From Orbicella franksi (taxonomy: Eukaryota): a DNA stretch of 64,000 nucleotides. Each line of letters starts with the position of its first letter. Within the stretch, counting starts at the first letter, position 1. Below, in pieces: positions 51,601-63,506 of this stretch. The stretch lies in the NCBI GenBank assembly GCA_964199315.1, contig OZ116702.1, forward strand, positions 33,170,001 through 33,234,000, written 5' to 3'. The notes beneath the pieces were generated by a model, which saw nothing but the letters and a program-made list of their open reading frames with translations, was not told where the DNA came from and searched no databases. The translations under genes were made by a program, and so were the position numbers.

Positions 51601-54600
51601 TAAGATGGCTGGATATTAGAAATTAAAAGTAACTGTTATTTTTTATTATCACAGGTTTGCGAACTGGGACAGAGGCGAGGCTTGGCTAAACAGGTTTAGT
51701 GAATCAATAAAGGATTTATCAATGATGTGGCATTTTAAAGAACACCATTTTGCGGGACATGCTGGGGAATCCTGAGTGAATACAACAGTCTCATCTTGCC
51801 CACTAAAGCAGCCAATGCTCCCTTGCAGGATGGGCTCAACTTGCCAGCTTAAAAAATGTATATTATTATGGGTACATGTATTACGTAGTAGGACTTGATG
51901 GCGTCCAATTTGGAATTAACTTAATAAAAAAATTCTGAGGCCCGACAGCCAAAGCTAGGCAGGGCCATAGGCCAACTCAAATTTGGCTGTCAGAGGAATT
52001 TTTGAATTCAATTATTTCCAAATTGGAATTGGATGGCAGTCTAAATTACTTGTTGATTTGGAAAGTTGGCAAATTAACAAAATAATAATCGTACATGCAC
52101 TTGTCTGAATGGAACTTTGGGCTGGTAATACAACTGACCAGTAAAACGGTCCTGGCCAGACAACGGCACAAACTTTCAATTAACAAGTAAAAAGGTCCCA
52201 GCCAGGGAACAAATTATGCATTCCTGCAATTATAATTGAAATAACAGCTTCTCTTATGGGAAAGCTGAGTTAGCCATTCAACAACCTCTGTGACCTCATG
52301 ACATAAAAAAACAGTTAGTTTTACAGTAGTACTGAATTGCAGTAATTTGGTTTACTGACCATTACATAACCATTGTACCCTGAACTGATAACAGAAACTC
52401 CAAACCATGCATTGTCCTTTCTATCTCCAGCAGTGTTACCTGAAAAATGAAAAAAATCACAATTACAATGATACGTCATGTACTGAAAGTAGATGTCCTT
52501 TAACATTAAGTTAAATCTGCAGTTAGAGAAGGTGGCCAATACCATTGTAGAAGCTTATCCCTGTTTATGAGATCACAGTCTTAGACTTGCTACTTCCCAA
52601 AGATGCCATGCTAGTCTCCTGCTTCCTTAGCATAAAAGGCTAGAAGTATTCTACCCTCTATTACAATAAGACGCTGGAGTGGATACAGGAGTTTGTGATA
52701 CTGACCACCAAAGGCAGTCATCTGTATGGGGTTCCAGGGAAATCCTCACCTGGAAATCCTTAAAATTAAGGCCCTCAGAAATGGGATTTTCCAGCATTCT
52801 GACGCCAAGTCAGCACATTGTAATGTCTCATATTTTTAATTTAGGGGGTTCCCCAAACCCCCTAGAATAAGATCTGCCACAGGGACACTACTAAGTCCTC
52901 TGCAGGATTATTCCCAGGTTGTGTAGTTTACTTTTTTCCAGACAGACAATCAAACAGTCAGTTAAAACTTTCATTCATTCTTTCCCTTATTATTTCATTC
53001 TCTCTTTCACTCATCAATAATTCATTCAATTAAAAATCCCTTCAAGCATTGTAATATTCATTTCTCCAAATTTCCTTTTCCTTACAAATACAGATGACTC
53101 AACTACAATGTCAGAAATGCTACTCAGCATATATTTAATTACTGAAATTTTTACATATAGTGTAAGGGACATTTCTAGTAAAAACAGTGATGAAAATATT
53201 AACCATTCAAGTCTACATTTAAAAGGTTATAAATTCAAACCACTCCTTAGCTAGCTAGCTACAGTCAAACGTCCATTTATCATTTCTAATTTCAATCTGG
53301 TGAACTTTTTTTAATATCCTGTAAAATAATTGAAAAATTTGACTTCCAGATTACCCCCTGCTAAATACGATATTCACTCTTTGAGAAAAGCTGTCTATAC
53401 TTATGTACCACCTACAGAGTAAATAACCATTATTATAATGATGGTAAGAGGGGTTCCAGGTGGCTCTGGGATCGAATCCCAGGAGGTGGTGGGTTCATGC
53501 TGGGAATTGCATATCCCAGTGATGTTGTAGATTGCCAAAAGTGGCATCACTGGGTTATTGGAAAGATAGTGCAGATATGGTAATATCAGCATAATTCACT
53601 ACGTCAACCTCACTTTAGAAAGTCGTGTCTGATAAAAATTGAACCAATATGTTCTTTGTTTTAAAAACTTGTGATAAAAATTGAACAAATATGTTCTTTG
53701 TATTAAAAAGCTGTGTACCCTTGTCTATTTACAGATAAGAGAGAAAAGAAATGATAAGATCAATAATAAATGTAACCAAACGAAACTCAAAATAGGAATA
53801 AATAAAGACAACCACAATAGAGATAAAAATATTAGAATGCATATAACAAATCAATTGTATTGCATTCTACAAAGTAAATAGTTGATTTTTGAAATATCAC
53901 ATCTGGGGATTTGTATGTTTTAATGCCATGTATATTAGAAACTGCTACAATTAGTATGGCTAATGAAAATGTAAAATGGAGAAAGGATATTGTTCACTAC
54001 AAAAATCATTAGACAGCTTATTCCCCACTGTCAATCAAAAAAATCTTTTCCGAGGACAGGGAAAAAGCCAAATCCCTGATTGGTTGAAAACAATATCTTT
54101 CCAATTTCTGGCTGTCATGTCACCTCCGAGAACAATGTAAAACATATTTACGATGGCACAAAGAGGATTTACGGGGGGCAAAAGTTAATGAGGTAAACGA
54201 GAAAGCAAACCATCAAAACAAAAAGACGTATTCACCAAAAGATGAAAAGATCTTTCCATTAGAAAAGTAGATAATGGACTATAAAGGCCTAATTTTAGGC
54301 CCTCTACTGAAGTAAACGTAGGGAATTCGCGATCTGTGTTGATTAAAAAGTTCACTTGGAAATGGAAACCTTTTAAACATTCTAAAAATAAATCCGTCGA
54401 CCTGGAGTGCTTTGAGTGCCATTATTTTATTGACTCCAAAAAGATGGAGTGAGCCTAAAATACAAAATATTCTCGATAACCTACTGAAAATTATTTTATT
54501 TTGAGTAGACACTAAAACTTAACTTGAATACGCACTGAATTGTAAAATTTTCAAAAATAGTGAAGATGGACCGAGAGAGCGAGACATGTATGAGCGTGTA

Positions 54601-56109
54601 AGCTTATAATAACTGACCAACTTTAATGCAAAGTTTGGTTCAAAATCACACAAACATTAACATCTGCCGTGCGTAAAGCCACAAAAATGAATTCATTTAA
54701 CAATATCAGTATAATCGATATTGTCCTAAAACAGAGAATGGACTGACGTTTTGACAAGAAATGCGATAAAAACATCACCTGTGTTTCGCTTTGTTTACTA
54801 AATGAAAAGGAGACACACACAGAATTGGTCAGTAAATAGTCATACAAATTTTCTTCCAAGCGGTCACTTGTTCGCAGCTGGTACAATAGAAGAAAAGTCA
54901 TTAATTTAACCCCCGGTGGGCAGACGTAAAAACAAACGTAGTCCTCAGTGAAAAAGCCAACAAGGGCTTTGGAAAAGTTTGTCACCGAACCTAAATGAAG
55001 TAATGGAATATCACTTCGACATCTCTCTCCTTCTGCGCGCGAAGTGGCTCGCTAAAAAGCTTAATAGTTTGCACACTCATGAATGAAAATCAACTAGAAG
55101 TATCAGATTTCTGGTACTTTATAAAGAGAAAAGGAGTTTTGTTTTGACAAAGTTGTTTTTGCCTGCATTAGCAGGCGTTATTGACATAAGCGATCACGAT
55201 TCGAAGTACACTTAGCATGAACCACGAACCGCATATTGCTAGCATTGTGAATAGAAGGGCTTCCTTTTTATAGTTTTTTCCCTTGAAGAATAAATAAAAC
55301 TAATAACCCGAACAAGACTTTAAAAAGGTAAAGTGAAATAAAATTCTACGTTTCCTTGGTATAAATCTGTTTAATTTGCGTCCTCTCAGAAAAAAATTTG
55401 CTACAAGAAAATCCAAATTTCATGACTGACCAAATTTAAGGTTAAGCTTATAGTTCAGTGAAGTTCCAGTGTTATTACAATAAACTTTGTTCTCTAAACT
55501 GTAGGTAGTGTTTAAACTCTTGGAACACCGGCTTAAAATAATGGCAGAACTAATTCCAATGGAATTTAGGACATCGCAAACGTGCACAAAAGGTTGCGTT
55601 CATAGCTACGGCGACTCTCCGTGACTACAGCGATCGTGATGGAATTCCACAGCGCTACAGTTTATTTTTCTCGGACCTGTTATGAATCAAAATACGTCTA
55701 GAGAACGACTGCAAAACACATATCAACTTGAACTTACCCTTCTTGTCAAATGGAACTTCTTCACAACCTTGATCATTCCTAAAATCACATCGGTACACAA
55801 CGCCGGGACTAGCAATTTCTGGTACGGCCGAGTTATTCGCTTTTGGCGCACCGACAAGAAGCCTACAAAGATTACAGAGAGAATTCAGTGTAAACTACAA
55901 ACAAGTTGAGCGAAGGGAGGGAAAACGAAGCTGTGTTCTTACCAAGACTGATTCTTCTGGTCAAGGAACTGTTCAAATGCATGGTTCGCGACCGAAAATC
56001 CAAAATAGCTGCCCGCGTCCCCTCGCCTAATGACTGGTAAGTCTGTCTCTATGTTATAGGCAAAGGAATGCTGAATAATGCAGGACATTGACGCTAGCAA
56101 AAGCAACAT
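26885..56109 (-). CDS. ITGA: Integrin alpha subunit (no I-domain); 31 exons: 56109-55943, 55862-55738, 52439-52360, 51429-51297, 50877-50816, 50189-50141, 49451-49383, 49095-49051, 43566-43526, 43210-43059, 42185-41986, 39203-39109, 38561-38471, 38276-38231, 38069-37947, 37846-37785, 37671-37520, 37118-36957, 36002-35935, 35476-35341, 34466-34374, 34233-34154, 33718-33629, 33521-33419, 32492-32388, 32169-32107, 30557-30393, 29464-29345, 29214-29116, 28031-27903, 26980-26885; 1066 aa
   Basis: Signal peptide then YNIETD...SYFGFSV; FG-GAP repeats (LLVGAPKAN, WFGVSV, LVGAPG, VVSGAPR, ELLVGAPFY, VAIGAPY, ILIGAY); Ca-binding DLNNDG, DLDLDGYQD, DMDFNGYSD; TM VIPVCVVGAVLLLVLIVFCLY followed by KLGFFKR. 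The chain is 3201 nt, divisible by 3. The start at ATG 56109 (aagATG) is preferred, but an in-frame ATG at 56247 is possible. No specific paralog is assigned. Confidence 0.93.
28457..28972. mobile_element. Tc1/mariner(pogo)-type MITE, about 516 bp
   Basis: TA|CAATCGAACCTC ... GAGGTTCAACTG|TA with TA duplication; internal repeats of gaggtgg(t/c)(g/c)gctta. Confidence 0.7.
29549..29812. mobile_element. Kolobok/T2-like MITE, 264 bp including TTAA
   Basis: Perfect TTAAAGGAGCTCAGTCACG / CGTGACTGAGCTCCTTTAA ends; internal poly(A) at about 29754-29780. Confidence 0.8.
30730..31793. mobile_element. 1064-bp non-autonomous DNA element with CTG(G)n...(C)nAG termini and 8-bp TSD; contains a truncated hAT-like insert starting at 30898
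   Basis: TSD GTATACTA at 30722-30729 and 31794-31801; subterminal inverted similarity ctcccatataaaaagga / tcctttttatataggag; the inner insert begins CAGGGCTCGAAAT. Confidence 0.7.
32612..32850 (-). mobile_element. tRNA-derived SINE (family 1)
   Basis: Minus strand GAGCAGGGTGGTGCAGTGG (A box)...GGTTTGATTC (B box), then the same body as 9975-10185, with an A/T-rich tail. Confidence 0.7.
33935..34130. repeat. Purine-rich low-complexity tract (a second one at about 50580-50715)
   Basis: Almost all G/A on the + strand, so pyrimidine-rich in the integrin pre-mRNA. Confidence 0.8.
36773..36912. repeat. 140-bp imperfect palindromic interspersed repeat (MITE-like)
   Basis: tatcaaacactcgagacagtgtttcatcggctatccaaaaacc versus ggtgtttggatatcccaatgaaacactgtctcttgtgtttgata. 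Confidence 0.75.
38775..39070. repeat. Compound (CAGT)n-derived microsatellite with a (CAGTTAGTCAGT)n higher-order unit
   Basis: Direct reading. Confidence 0.9.
39486..40052 (-). mobile_element. Older degenerate SINE (family 2) split by a younger copy
   Basis: 39486-39662 and 39960-40052 together align to the younger element's body. Confidence 0.75.
39663..39959 (-). mobile_element. Full-length tRNA-derived SINE (family 2), about 297 bp, 15-bp TSD
   Basis: Minus strand GGGAGGCGCGGTGGCCTCATGG (A box)...GGTTCGAGCCC (B box)...TTTACCTTTTA tail; TSD TAATGGAGAGAGGTA at 39648-39662 and 39960-39974. Confidence 0.9.
40079..41928. mobile_element. 1.85-kb non-autonomous Kolobok-like DNA transposon
   Basis: Perfect 30-bp inverted ends TTAAAGTGCCACTGAAACGAAATTTTCGTA including TTAA; a second inverted block (gtgacatcactggttgtatt at about 40250 versus aatacaaccagtgacgtcac at about 41721); no intact transposase ORF. 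Confidence 0.8.
43601..43865 (+). repeat. Split direct repeat A1 (copy A2 at 48478-48742)
   Basis: 265 bp with 3 mismatches seen by eye. Confidence 0.95.
43923..45182 (+). CDS. Retrotransposon Gag-like ORF1 with a C-terminal CCCH/Cys-His zinc finger
   Basis: Uninterrupted ORF from ATG 43923; KLVSQIVAGKFVELNELL, WLEAFSVY, WLAYDRAF, ICKSWNRGRC...SCRFAHKCSSC. Confidence 0.85.
   Translation: MTARSTRNSQAAAFDAIVSVVETTRPRPNDANLPPSTSQTPVVPLTSQAQPADQPSPAFLASVINAVKQALAAEQASNLPLTPPVSSSTSVPEAAMPGGVPPSSLSSGQLDAQVSALAASGVGFSPVSAVAASATAQGRPNFVVPSFVSTFASPIPALATSSSNSAIGTASLALGGVSLPAQSPILHQAFVVGPGFSPIPAKLVSQIVAGKFVELNELLSVNIVSTESEPQLLLDGRLVLTSTPKKPKRRIEDISSWLEAFSVYSLILSSHFPQWWRDLLQYQLLILRTYRQFAGRVWLAYDRAFHEHAAATNLTDWLAINVQLFNFHAAGASVRPGRELSDESTEPHGAASSHIICKSWNRGRCVAPSSSCRFAHKCSSCFGPRRVGACPGEPPSQSRASPKRQADSSPSRSGSKSRR
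45519..47177 (+). pseudogene. Retrotransposon RT/RNase H ORF2 with an in-frame TAA at 45879-45881
   Basis: PKKG*PGKWRLIVELS (Q expected at the stop), AKFDVEAAY, LPFGLRSAP, YLDDF, RNase H VASDAAG...YKELFPV...SDN...NQIADALSR. Confidence 0.9.
47084..48112 (+). pseudogene. Retrotransposon tyrosine recombinase ORF3, overlapping the RT/RH end; premature TAG at 48059-48061
   Basis: LAPSTRRSY, IKVYLSGVR, YFGFLRTSEF, SKTDPFRKG, HSFCIGAAT (HSFRIG expected), GRWSSNAYQL*IRTP; the frame continues to TGA at 48110-48112. Confidence 0.9.
48361..48477 (+). repeat. Split direct repeat B1 (copy B2 at 48851-48967)
   Basis: 117 bp with 2 mismatches seen by eye. Confidence 0.95.
51069..51256. mobile_element. About 190-bp MITE
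   Basis: GAATAGGCCAGTTCCGAA / TTGGAAATGGCCTATTC imperfect TIRs; lies 40 nt into the integrin intron after donor 51296. Confidence 0.65.
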
Positions 56110-59100
56110 CTTGGACGTAAAATTAAGAAACAGACAGTTTCCGGCTATAACTGTCCGTGCGTCTTTCTTCCTGCAAAGGAACAACTGACCAGCATTTCGT
56201 TTTTCGTGAAATACGCTCGCGCTCGCGTTACTTTTCACGCCACGCATGCCTGGGACATAATCGGCATTCTCGACGTGACGCGGTCGCACCCTAATAACCT
56301 ACGCTTTTTCAACCGGAAATCGCGCCAAAAAATGTTCAACTCGACTTCTGTACGCTACTAGATCATTCGTGAAAAAAGAAACGTTGCCTCCGCTCTATAA
56401 GACAACTTCATTAAGTCCGCGTAATTTGTTTTCTCAAAAATATTTAGGCTATAGTTGTGTTTGCGAATCATTTCTCACGGGATGTGTAAACTTCTGAAGT
56501 GCTTTGTTGATATTCAACTCATTCAACCAACCGCATGACTGATTTATTACAACAAGGGTTTTATTTTGGTCAATTTTGCTCTGTAGTAATTTTGAATGAA
56601 CATGTAATTATGGAGGCGTTGTGATCTTGTCGAGAAGAAAGTTATGCTTTCTCTCTGGTTTCAAGACCATTGATGAGTTAGGAATGTGAACAACTGTTTA
56701 TCTTAGTCTTATTAACAACAAAGTCCTCTTGAAAATGAAATGTCCATGTTCATGTTTCAGATATAGCTATTGTTATTGGTCGCTGTTTTATTCTTGGGTA
56801 AGTTTAGAAGCTCTTTTGCATGAAGTCTCTGCGCCGATAATGAATCTAATGGCTTAATGTCTAATAAACTTCCCTCTTTCATGTCACTTTCCAATCCGAG
56901 ACACTTTGTCCAAGAGATAATTATCAGAAAAAAGTTAAGGTTAAAAGGGATGACTGGTTCTAATCAATGGAAAAACATGGCTTCGAACTTATTAGATATG
57001 ATAATATATATTTCGTCATTTCTGTTTTAGTGAGGACAACGCTGAGATATTAGTCGGGAGGGTTTCCCACTGAGAATTGTCTGAGTAGCTTTCTATGGAA
57101 GCCGATAAAGTTTTTAGAGAATTATTCAGCTTTTTATTTCACCCACAAACGAGCCGCCCTTGAGAAAGCTCGGATGAGCTGATTTTTTAATATGTATGCG
57201 TAAATTATAAAGGTTAAGTTTAAATTGTGTGACAATTTAGGAGGAAGAAAGTAAATTGAGAAGCAAAACGAAAAAGTGCCGATGAATTTGTTAATTAAAA
57301 GAATAATTTTCGGCACCGCAAACATTGGAAAACTTCTTTAAAATTTCATTTTAAGTTTGCGTTGATTTGCGTCTGACGCTAACAGACCAATTTTGAAACG
57401 TCAATCATGTTTCTAAAAGCATTCCTTTTTTTCAATTTTAGCGCAAAATGTTAATTGCTTGTTTGTTAAAACGGAACGGAAATAGTCTGCAAACTGACGT
57501 GGGTATTACTAGAAAGGCCAGCCGGATAATTTTTAAGAAAAGGTCAGTTTTCAGTGGATCTGGTTGCTGATAAAGGAAAAAACTTTAAACCCAAGCTGTG
57601 GGCATGTCCAAAACAAAGAAACCAGCCATGTGGCTGAAAAAAAAAAGACATAAAGGCTTAAAAGGGAACGAGATAAGATTTTTGCTCAAGGACGCACTGT
57701 TAATCCTGATAACGAAAGCCGCTACCGCTGATAATAGAGAGATATAAATGCAAGAAAGCTATTTGAATCTGGACTTAAAGTTCGCAATTCTATATTTCTG
57801 TTCTATGCTGCATTTTCAGTTTAGGCAGTAAGCGAAGTTTAGCTTCATCTGAATATAAGTGAAAAAAAAAATTATCTTACAAAAGTTCTATGCCGCTTAT
57901 TTCTAATTGTGAGCCACAAGATAGGGCCATGGAAAATAGTTATTAACGAGAAAATATGTCGGTTCGTGCTATTAATTAGCGACGAAAAAAAAACCTAGCG
58001 ATTTTCTATTTAGCTTAGCTTCATGATCATTTACCAATACATTAAAAAAGATGATTGTGGATTATTTCCTCTGATCAAAACACCCTTAATTAAAAACTGA
58101 AGCGATATTTTTAGCTGTGTTGAATTATACCTGAAACACAGCTGTAGTGATCTGTAACTGGTGTCATTTTCGTTTGATTCGTATTGCTTTTTAAGGATGT
58201 GAAAGAAACGCTGAAAATTTGCATATTGAAATAAGTTCCGACAGAGGTTTCTTGACGCTTCAGTTGTTGAAAGGCACCAAATGTTGTGCCTTAATCTGTT
58301 CCGAACCGGGCCACACCCATTGAGGAAAAAATGAAAACTGGAAATCTGGTTTCCACTGATGAAACAAAAAATGGGGTTTGCTAAAAACAGTTTCTCCATT
58401 GCTTAGAGTGAGTACTTTGTTGCATCAGGAACTACTTTAGATTTAGCATAGGAGAACGATTGGCTCGTTGTTAGCAACAGATCACAATTTTACTAACATT
58501 TCATCGGTATCAGAGCATGCTAAGATCTCGAAGACATGTCTGCTCAAACTGCGTAATGTTTCGCTCAGTTGGTGGAAAGATAGCTCGAAATAGCTAAATT
58601 TACAGTAGAATATACCTAACTACAATATAGATCGCGTAAGCAGTGAAAAGAGCGTTCAACTGCAGATCAAAAACCCATATTCAACAATTAGCCAAGAGGT
58701 TAATTAATGATCATCAGCCCACCGCTAGTGAAAATTACACTAGTCGGAGTTTTCTTGATCAGGTCTGGAGTTTCCTCAATGAAAACCTGTAAATCGAAGA
58801 ACTATTAACGATCTGCATGTTCTTACGATCGAATCGAAGATCGAAGTCATTTCTGAGCAAGGAAATGAGTGTCTCTATCAGCTGAGGAAGATTTCACCCT
58901 GCGGCAAAATTTTTCCGTTTTCACAGTATCAGATTTTAATTAATGATTTTACGGTTTGTATTTGTAGCTAATATTATGGCAATTTTTATTTTGCGTCAAA
59001 GGAAAGGAAAATATCGGAAACGGGGGAAACCACAGAATTCTGGTGCCAAGAGATAACTCTTCCGGCTCGGTAGCATGCAAACTATTTCAGTTGCACACTG

Positions 59101-61529
59101 TGTGTAAAGGGTTTTTTGGTCACGCAATCTTACAGAGTTCCGGATTAGAATCATTGATCACATTCCTTGGATATTAACAAGATCTTTGAGGTTTACATGT
59201 CACAATTAAACTGAGATTGCCTTAATAACGGCATCAACATCTCTGGGTCTTTGACAGGACTGTCACAGCAATTAAAAAACCCGGCTGTTCAAGGGCGCAG
59301 CTAAAGACAAATCAACCGCAATGTATAGACCCCCCTATTAAGAGACCCTGGGCAAATAAGACGTTGTGCAGGACACACGGTAAGCAAAAGATCGTACCGG
59401 CGCCAACGCATCCTATCCTCTTAAAAATAATCGCCAAGCAAATCTTGCTTAATTTAGATTGTTTTCTTTGCTACTTATATTGCAATTTCCACTTTTCGGC
59501 CGCTTTGAATGTAATTTTTTCACAGACGAAACATGAAAATAGAAAGGCGCATGTTTCGGTCAAAGGTAGCGCGACTTTCATTTATAAGGCGACGAAAAGA
59601 ACAACGGCAAAACCAGCACGGCAATGTGAGATGGTTTAGGACTATCCTTACAGAGTTCCCTAGTTTGCAAATGTTGCATGCTTCAAAAACAGGGAGAAAA
59701 AGAAAGAAAGAAAGAAAGAAAGGAAGAAAGAATTAGAAAGAAAAAGGCAAAATAAATAAATAAACGAATAAGGAAACAGTGAAAGCAAGCAAGCTGTGTT
59801 TGCCGGCCGTATATGAGAGACTATTTAAATAGCCCTTTTCTCGATTAACTTTTCTCATTCGCATTACAAAGCTATCCAAGACTCCAACGTGGATGAAAGG
59901 CAATTTCTGGCAGAAACTAAAAAATTGCCCGAAATTGTCTCTCCCTACAGTCAGTGCAACACAGCCTTTCTGAACTACTTGGCTAATTAAGAAATGAGAT
60001 AGAAAGCAACATGACATTTCGAGAAAATTATATACATAGAAATACATCTGTTTGTCAAATGAACACTCGCCCATTTTCAGCCTTAACCTGAATCTGAGGT
60101 TATGCCTTGTTTAGGAGAAGGCGAAGTTTCTGGATTTGAATAACAATGCTGAGTCCTAAAAAAAATATTTATTATTGCTCTGAAAAACCTACCTGGGAAT
60201 TTTGCTAAGAAAATTCAAAACCATCTCGAACTGCTATGCAAGTTTTCGAAGCGCCCATCAACTACGTTTTCACGGAAAGCAACCATATTGTTAAAATCGG
60301 AAAACCTGTACGGGTGTATCATATGATCGAGAATATTTTATAAAAAGAGTCGCCTCGCAATCCCTGTTACCGGAGTATTTTCGCGTGGTTGACATTTCGC
60401 AAAGACCTAGAACAAACGCGCCGCGTAAAATTTCGCGGAAATTTTTTTCTGCGTTAAATGATAGAACTGCTAATATTTAAATACATTTCCTTTCTGATAA
60501 ATTTTCCAGTGTTTATTTTTTTGCAAATCTAGATTAACCAAATAAAATGCGTGCAATTTAGAGAACCAGCTAAACTTGATCATAACGTATGGTCAGTGTT
60601 TGTTTTTGTTGAAAATATGGACTCATTTCAGTGTCTTATTTCTACAAACTTGCAATTACTGCAATCGGTGGCTTTTCTAAATATAAGTTCAATGTTAATC
60701 AAGATTATCTAAGACTGCAAAACCGCAAATCTGAAAGATATGGCGACATGCCTAGAAATTACATACGAATTAGCAACCGGAACTTTATCAAAAAGGCGCC
60801 AATTTTACTTCGAAGAGAGTTCCGTTCATAATCTAATGCTTTCAAAAATCCTTTACGAATATAAAACAAAACAAGTAATAAACATAGGAAATTGAGAAAT
60901 CAACATTTCCTTTTTCAGAATAAAAAAATAAATATTTATATCAATGCCGCTATGCCACCAACGATGCGAACATGAATTACGGCATGCTTTACAACTTTTT
61001 TTCCAAATTTATTTTCTCAATATTTATCTAAAAAGTTCGTTTCACCCTGCACGCAAAGCTAGAGACCGGTGATTGCGTTAAACACCGCAAGCTCTCCTCA
61101 TTGGTCAAAGTCACGCAACGCTACCAGCTTGCGTGACTAAGCAAATATTTGATATAACAGCCACTTTACTTTCAGCTGGTCGTCTTCCGTGACAAACCAG
61201 TTCACATGGAGTCCAGGCTTCAGCCAGCCACGCAGACAGTTCAAAACCTGATGACGATAGCGGTCCCCGTCGGCTGCTCAAAGTCACGCAACGCTATCAA
61301 CTTGTGTGACTAGTTCCCACTGGTCAATTATTTGATATAACATCCGCCTTCCGTGACAAACCAGTTCACATGGAGCCCAGCCTTTAGCCAGTCAAGGTCA
61401 CGTGACGCTATGAACTTGATTGACAAATCAGCGGCCTCCTTTGGCTGGCCATGTAAGCTCCACTGCCAGACGCTGGAGACTTATTTGACAAAGCAGCCTT
61501 TATTCAGCCGTGTCTTGTCTGTTTTGCTC

Positions 61530-62484
61530 TTATACTTTGCCATAGCTGTCGTTTCTAACTTCGTTATCATCTTCGACTGGCGCACATTTGATGCCCTCAA
61601 ACTCTATCTTCACATCTTGGAAAAAAGAAATTAAGAAACGCAAAATGTTTAAGCAAGCAACCGGAACGATGATCCTGCTGGTATACGTTGGATCAATAGT
61701 GATCTAATCGGCTTCACATATAAAATGAAGAATATAAAGGCAGAAACCGACACAACGTAGCATGATTTTTTTTGAAGGTGTACTATAATTCGGCTGGCCA
61801 AACCAGCGTTCTTCAAAAACACGTCCTAATGTAAAATTCTCATTGTACCTGAAGAAGGCTGGTTTGGCCAGCCGAAATATAGTACACCTTCAAAAAAATC
61901 ATCCTACGTTGTGTCGGTTTCTGCTTTTATCTTCTTCAGTTAATATAAAGTTTTGACCAGAAGGCCATAAAACAAAAACGGCATCAAATTAGTAGTAGAT
62001 TTACATGTAAATGTGAAAAACCTTAAAACATATTTAAAAAAACAATGAATTAAGTATAACCATCGATCGATTCCTGGCTTCCAAGAAATTCAAAAAGAAA
62101 AAAATTCGTCGTTTTGAGTCACTGACGACAAATTTTCTCATTTATAAAATGAATAATTTAAAAATAATTAAAAGAAAGCAAAAAGAAACCAGAAGCGGGC
62201 AAAAATTGCGTGATTCTCGCTTTACAATGACGCATTGCCTTTAGATAAACTGACTCGAAGAATTAAACAATGGAAACAAAATCGTTGTCTTCAGGTAAAC
62301 CAGTCTTAAAAAAAGCATTTTGATTTCACATCATACCTGTTCCAGCCATGGCCTTTGTACCCTCGGTAGGGAATTCGTACGGCTTAATGTCCCCTCCCTG
62401 GAGAGTAAGAAGTACTAAGGGCAAAGCACTTTCATAGCCAAGAGCAATACACTGACCCTCCCCCACGGGATGAACAGCTGTCAC
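61530..62484 (-). CDS. Last two coding exons (62484-62337, 61615-61530) of an unidentified gene
   Basis: cag|VTAVHPVGEGQCIALGYESALPLVLLTLQGGDIKPYEFPTEGTKAMAGT-G|gtatga joins in phase to aag|DVKIEFEGIKCAPVEDDNEVRNDSYGKV*; AATAAA on the minus strand near 61007-61012. Upstream exons are unresolved. Confidence 0.55.
61726..61938. repeat. Long inverted repeat (about 90-bp arms, 34-bp spacer), MITE-like, intronic
   Basis: 61726-61815 versus 61850-61938, e.g. gcagaaaccgacacaacgtag / ctacgttgtgtcggtttctgc and ttcggctggccaaaccagc / gctggtttggccagccgaa. Confidence 0.85.
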
Positions 62485-63287
62485 CTGTAAAATGAGAAAC
62501 AGAATTTTGTCTGTCAAGAAACACGAAGGAGAAAAATATGGCGGCGAGAAAAACATAAATTATAATATCATATCGCAATTTTTTTTTTACCCCAATATCA
62601 CTGGATTATATTTAGCGAATAGGACATTCAAAGGTGACCTACACCGTTTACAAGGTTATTTATAATTGACCAAACGAAACTATAGTAAATAACACAAACA
62701 GTGCCCCTAGCCTTGAGAACAAAAGAAGTGCAGATTAACAAGAACGAATCAAAATAGGGGTTTTTTAAAACCAAGAGGTGCAGGTGAAATGGACATGTGT
62801 TCTCTGACCATGAAACTGATGAGAAAACAGAACAGTTTAATGGAGGTTCAAAAAAGAAAGCGGACGAAATCAGGATCATGTTAGTTAATGTCCATCTCCG
62901 CTGCGACAGTTCACCAGCTAGTTTACAGGTAGTACACATTCCTAGCTATACTAACCAAACTTAAGCAAAACATGTATTTTAACGCTTGGTGTATTCAAAG
63001 ATATTCTCTGGAGATTAACAAAGAATGAAAATACTCTATTACACAGCTAGACAGACAAAATAACAGTATTAGGTAGAGGGATCACATTTCACACTGACCA
63101 GTTAATTTCTTGAAAGCTACCGCTTTTGACGCCGACCTATCAAAAACATTACATACAGCACGAAAATAGTGTTTTTTGCTACATTCGATCAAAAAGTACA
63201 CTTAACGAGAAAAAAGCCAAAATAATATAATTTGATCAAAAAGGAATATCTGTTCAACAGTGAAGCGATTAAATCCTAAAAGTTTAC

Positions 63288-63506
63288 TGCGCATGCGCAC
63301 ACGCATTTTTCGAATTAAATCCAAACTAAATTCGCCTCGACATTTTGACAAAAACGTCGATCTTCATTTATTTCGAAGCCAATGATACTTCTCCCTACAA
63401 CAATTCTAAAATTAAATATGAAAATCAAAATTCGTATACCACAAGCACCAGAAATTCAATAGCAATCAATATATAAAAGTAAGAAATCGTATCAGGTAAC
63501 CGGAAG
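63288..63506. promoter_or_regulatory. Candidate promoter
   Basis: Perfect NRF1-type palindrome TGCGCATGCGCA at 63288-63299 and ETS core CCGGAAG at 63500-63506, followed by a CpG-richer segment. Confidence 0.45.

Noticed and set aside
56110-56289. Long N-terminal extension of the integrin alpha
   Set aside because: It begins at GTG (56289) or ATG 56247. The signal peptide and Kozak context fit 56109 better, and this cannot be resolved without transcript data.
56400-61000. Hidden gene or ncRNA in the 4.6-kb intergenic block
   Set aside because: I could not build a frame-consistent exon chain or find a recognisable RNA motif; the short ORFs look random.
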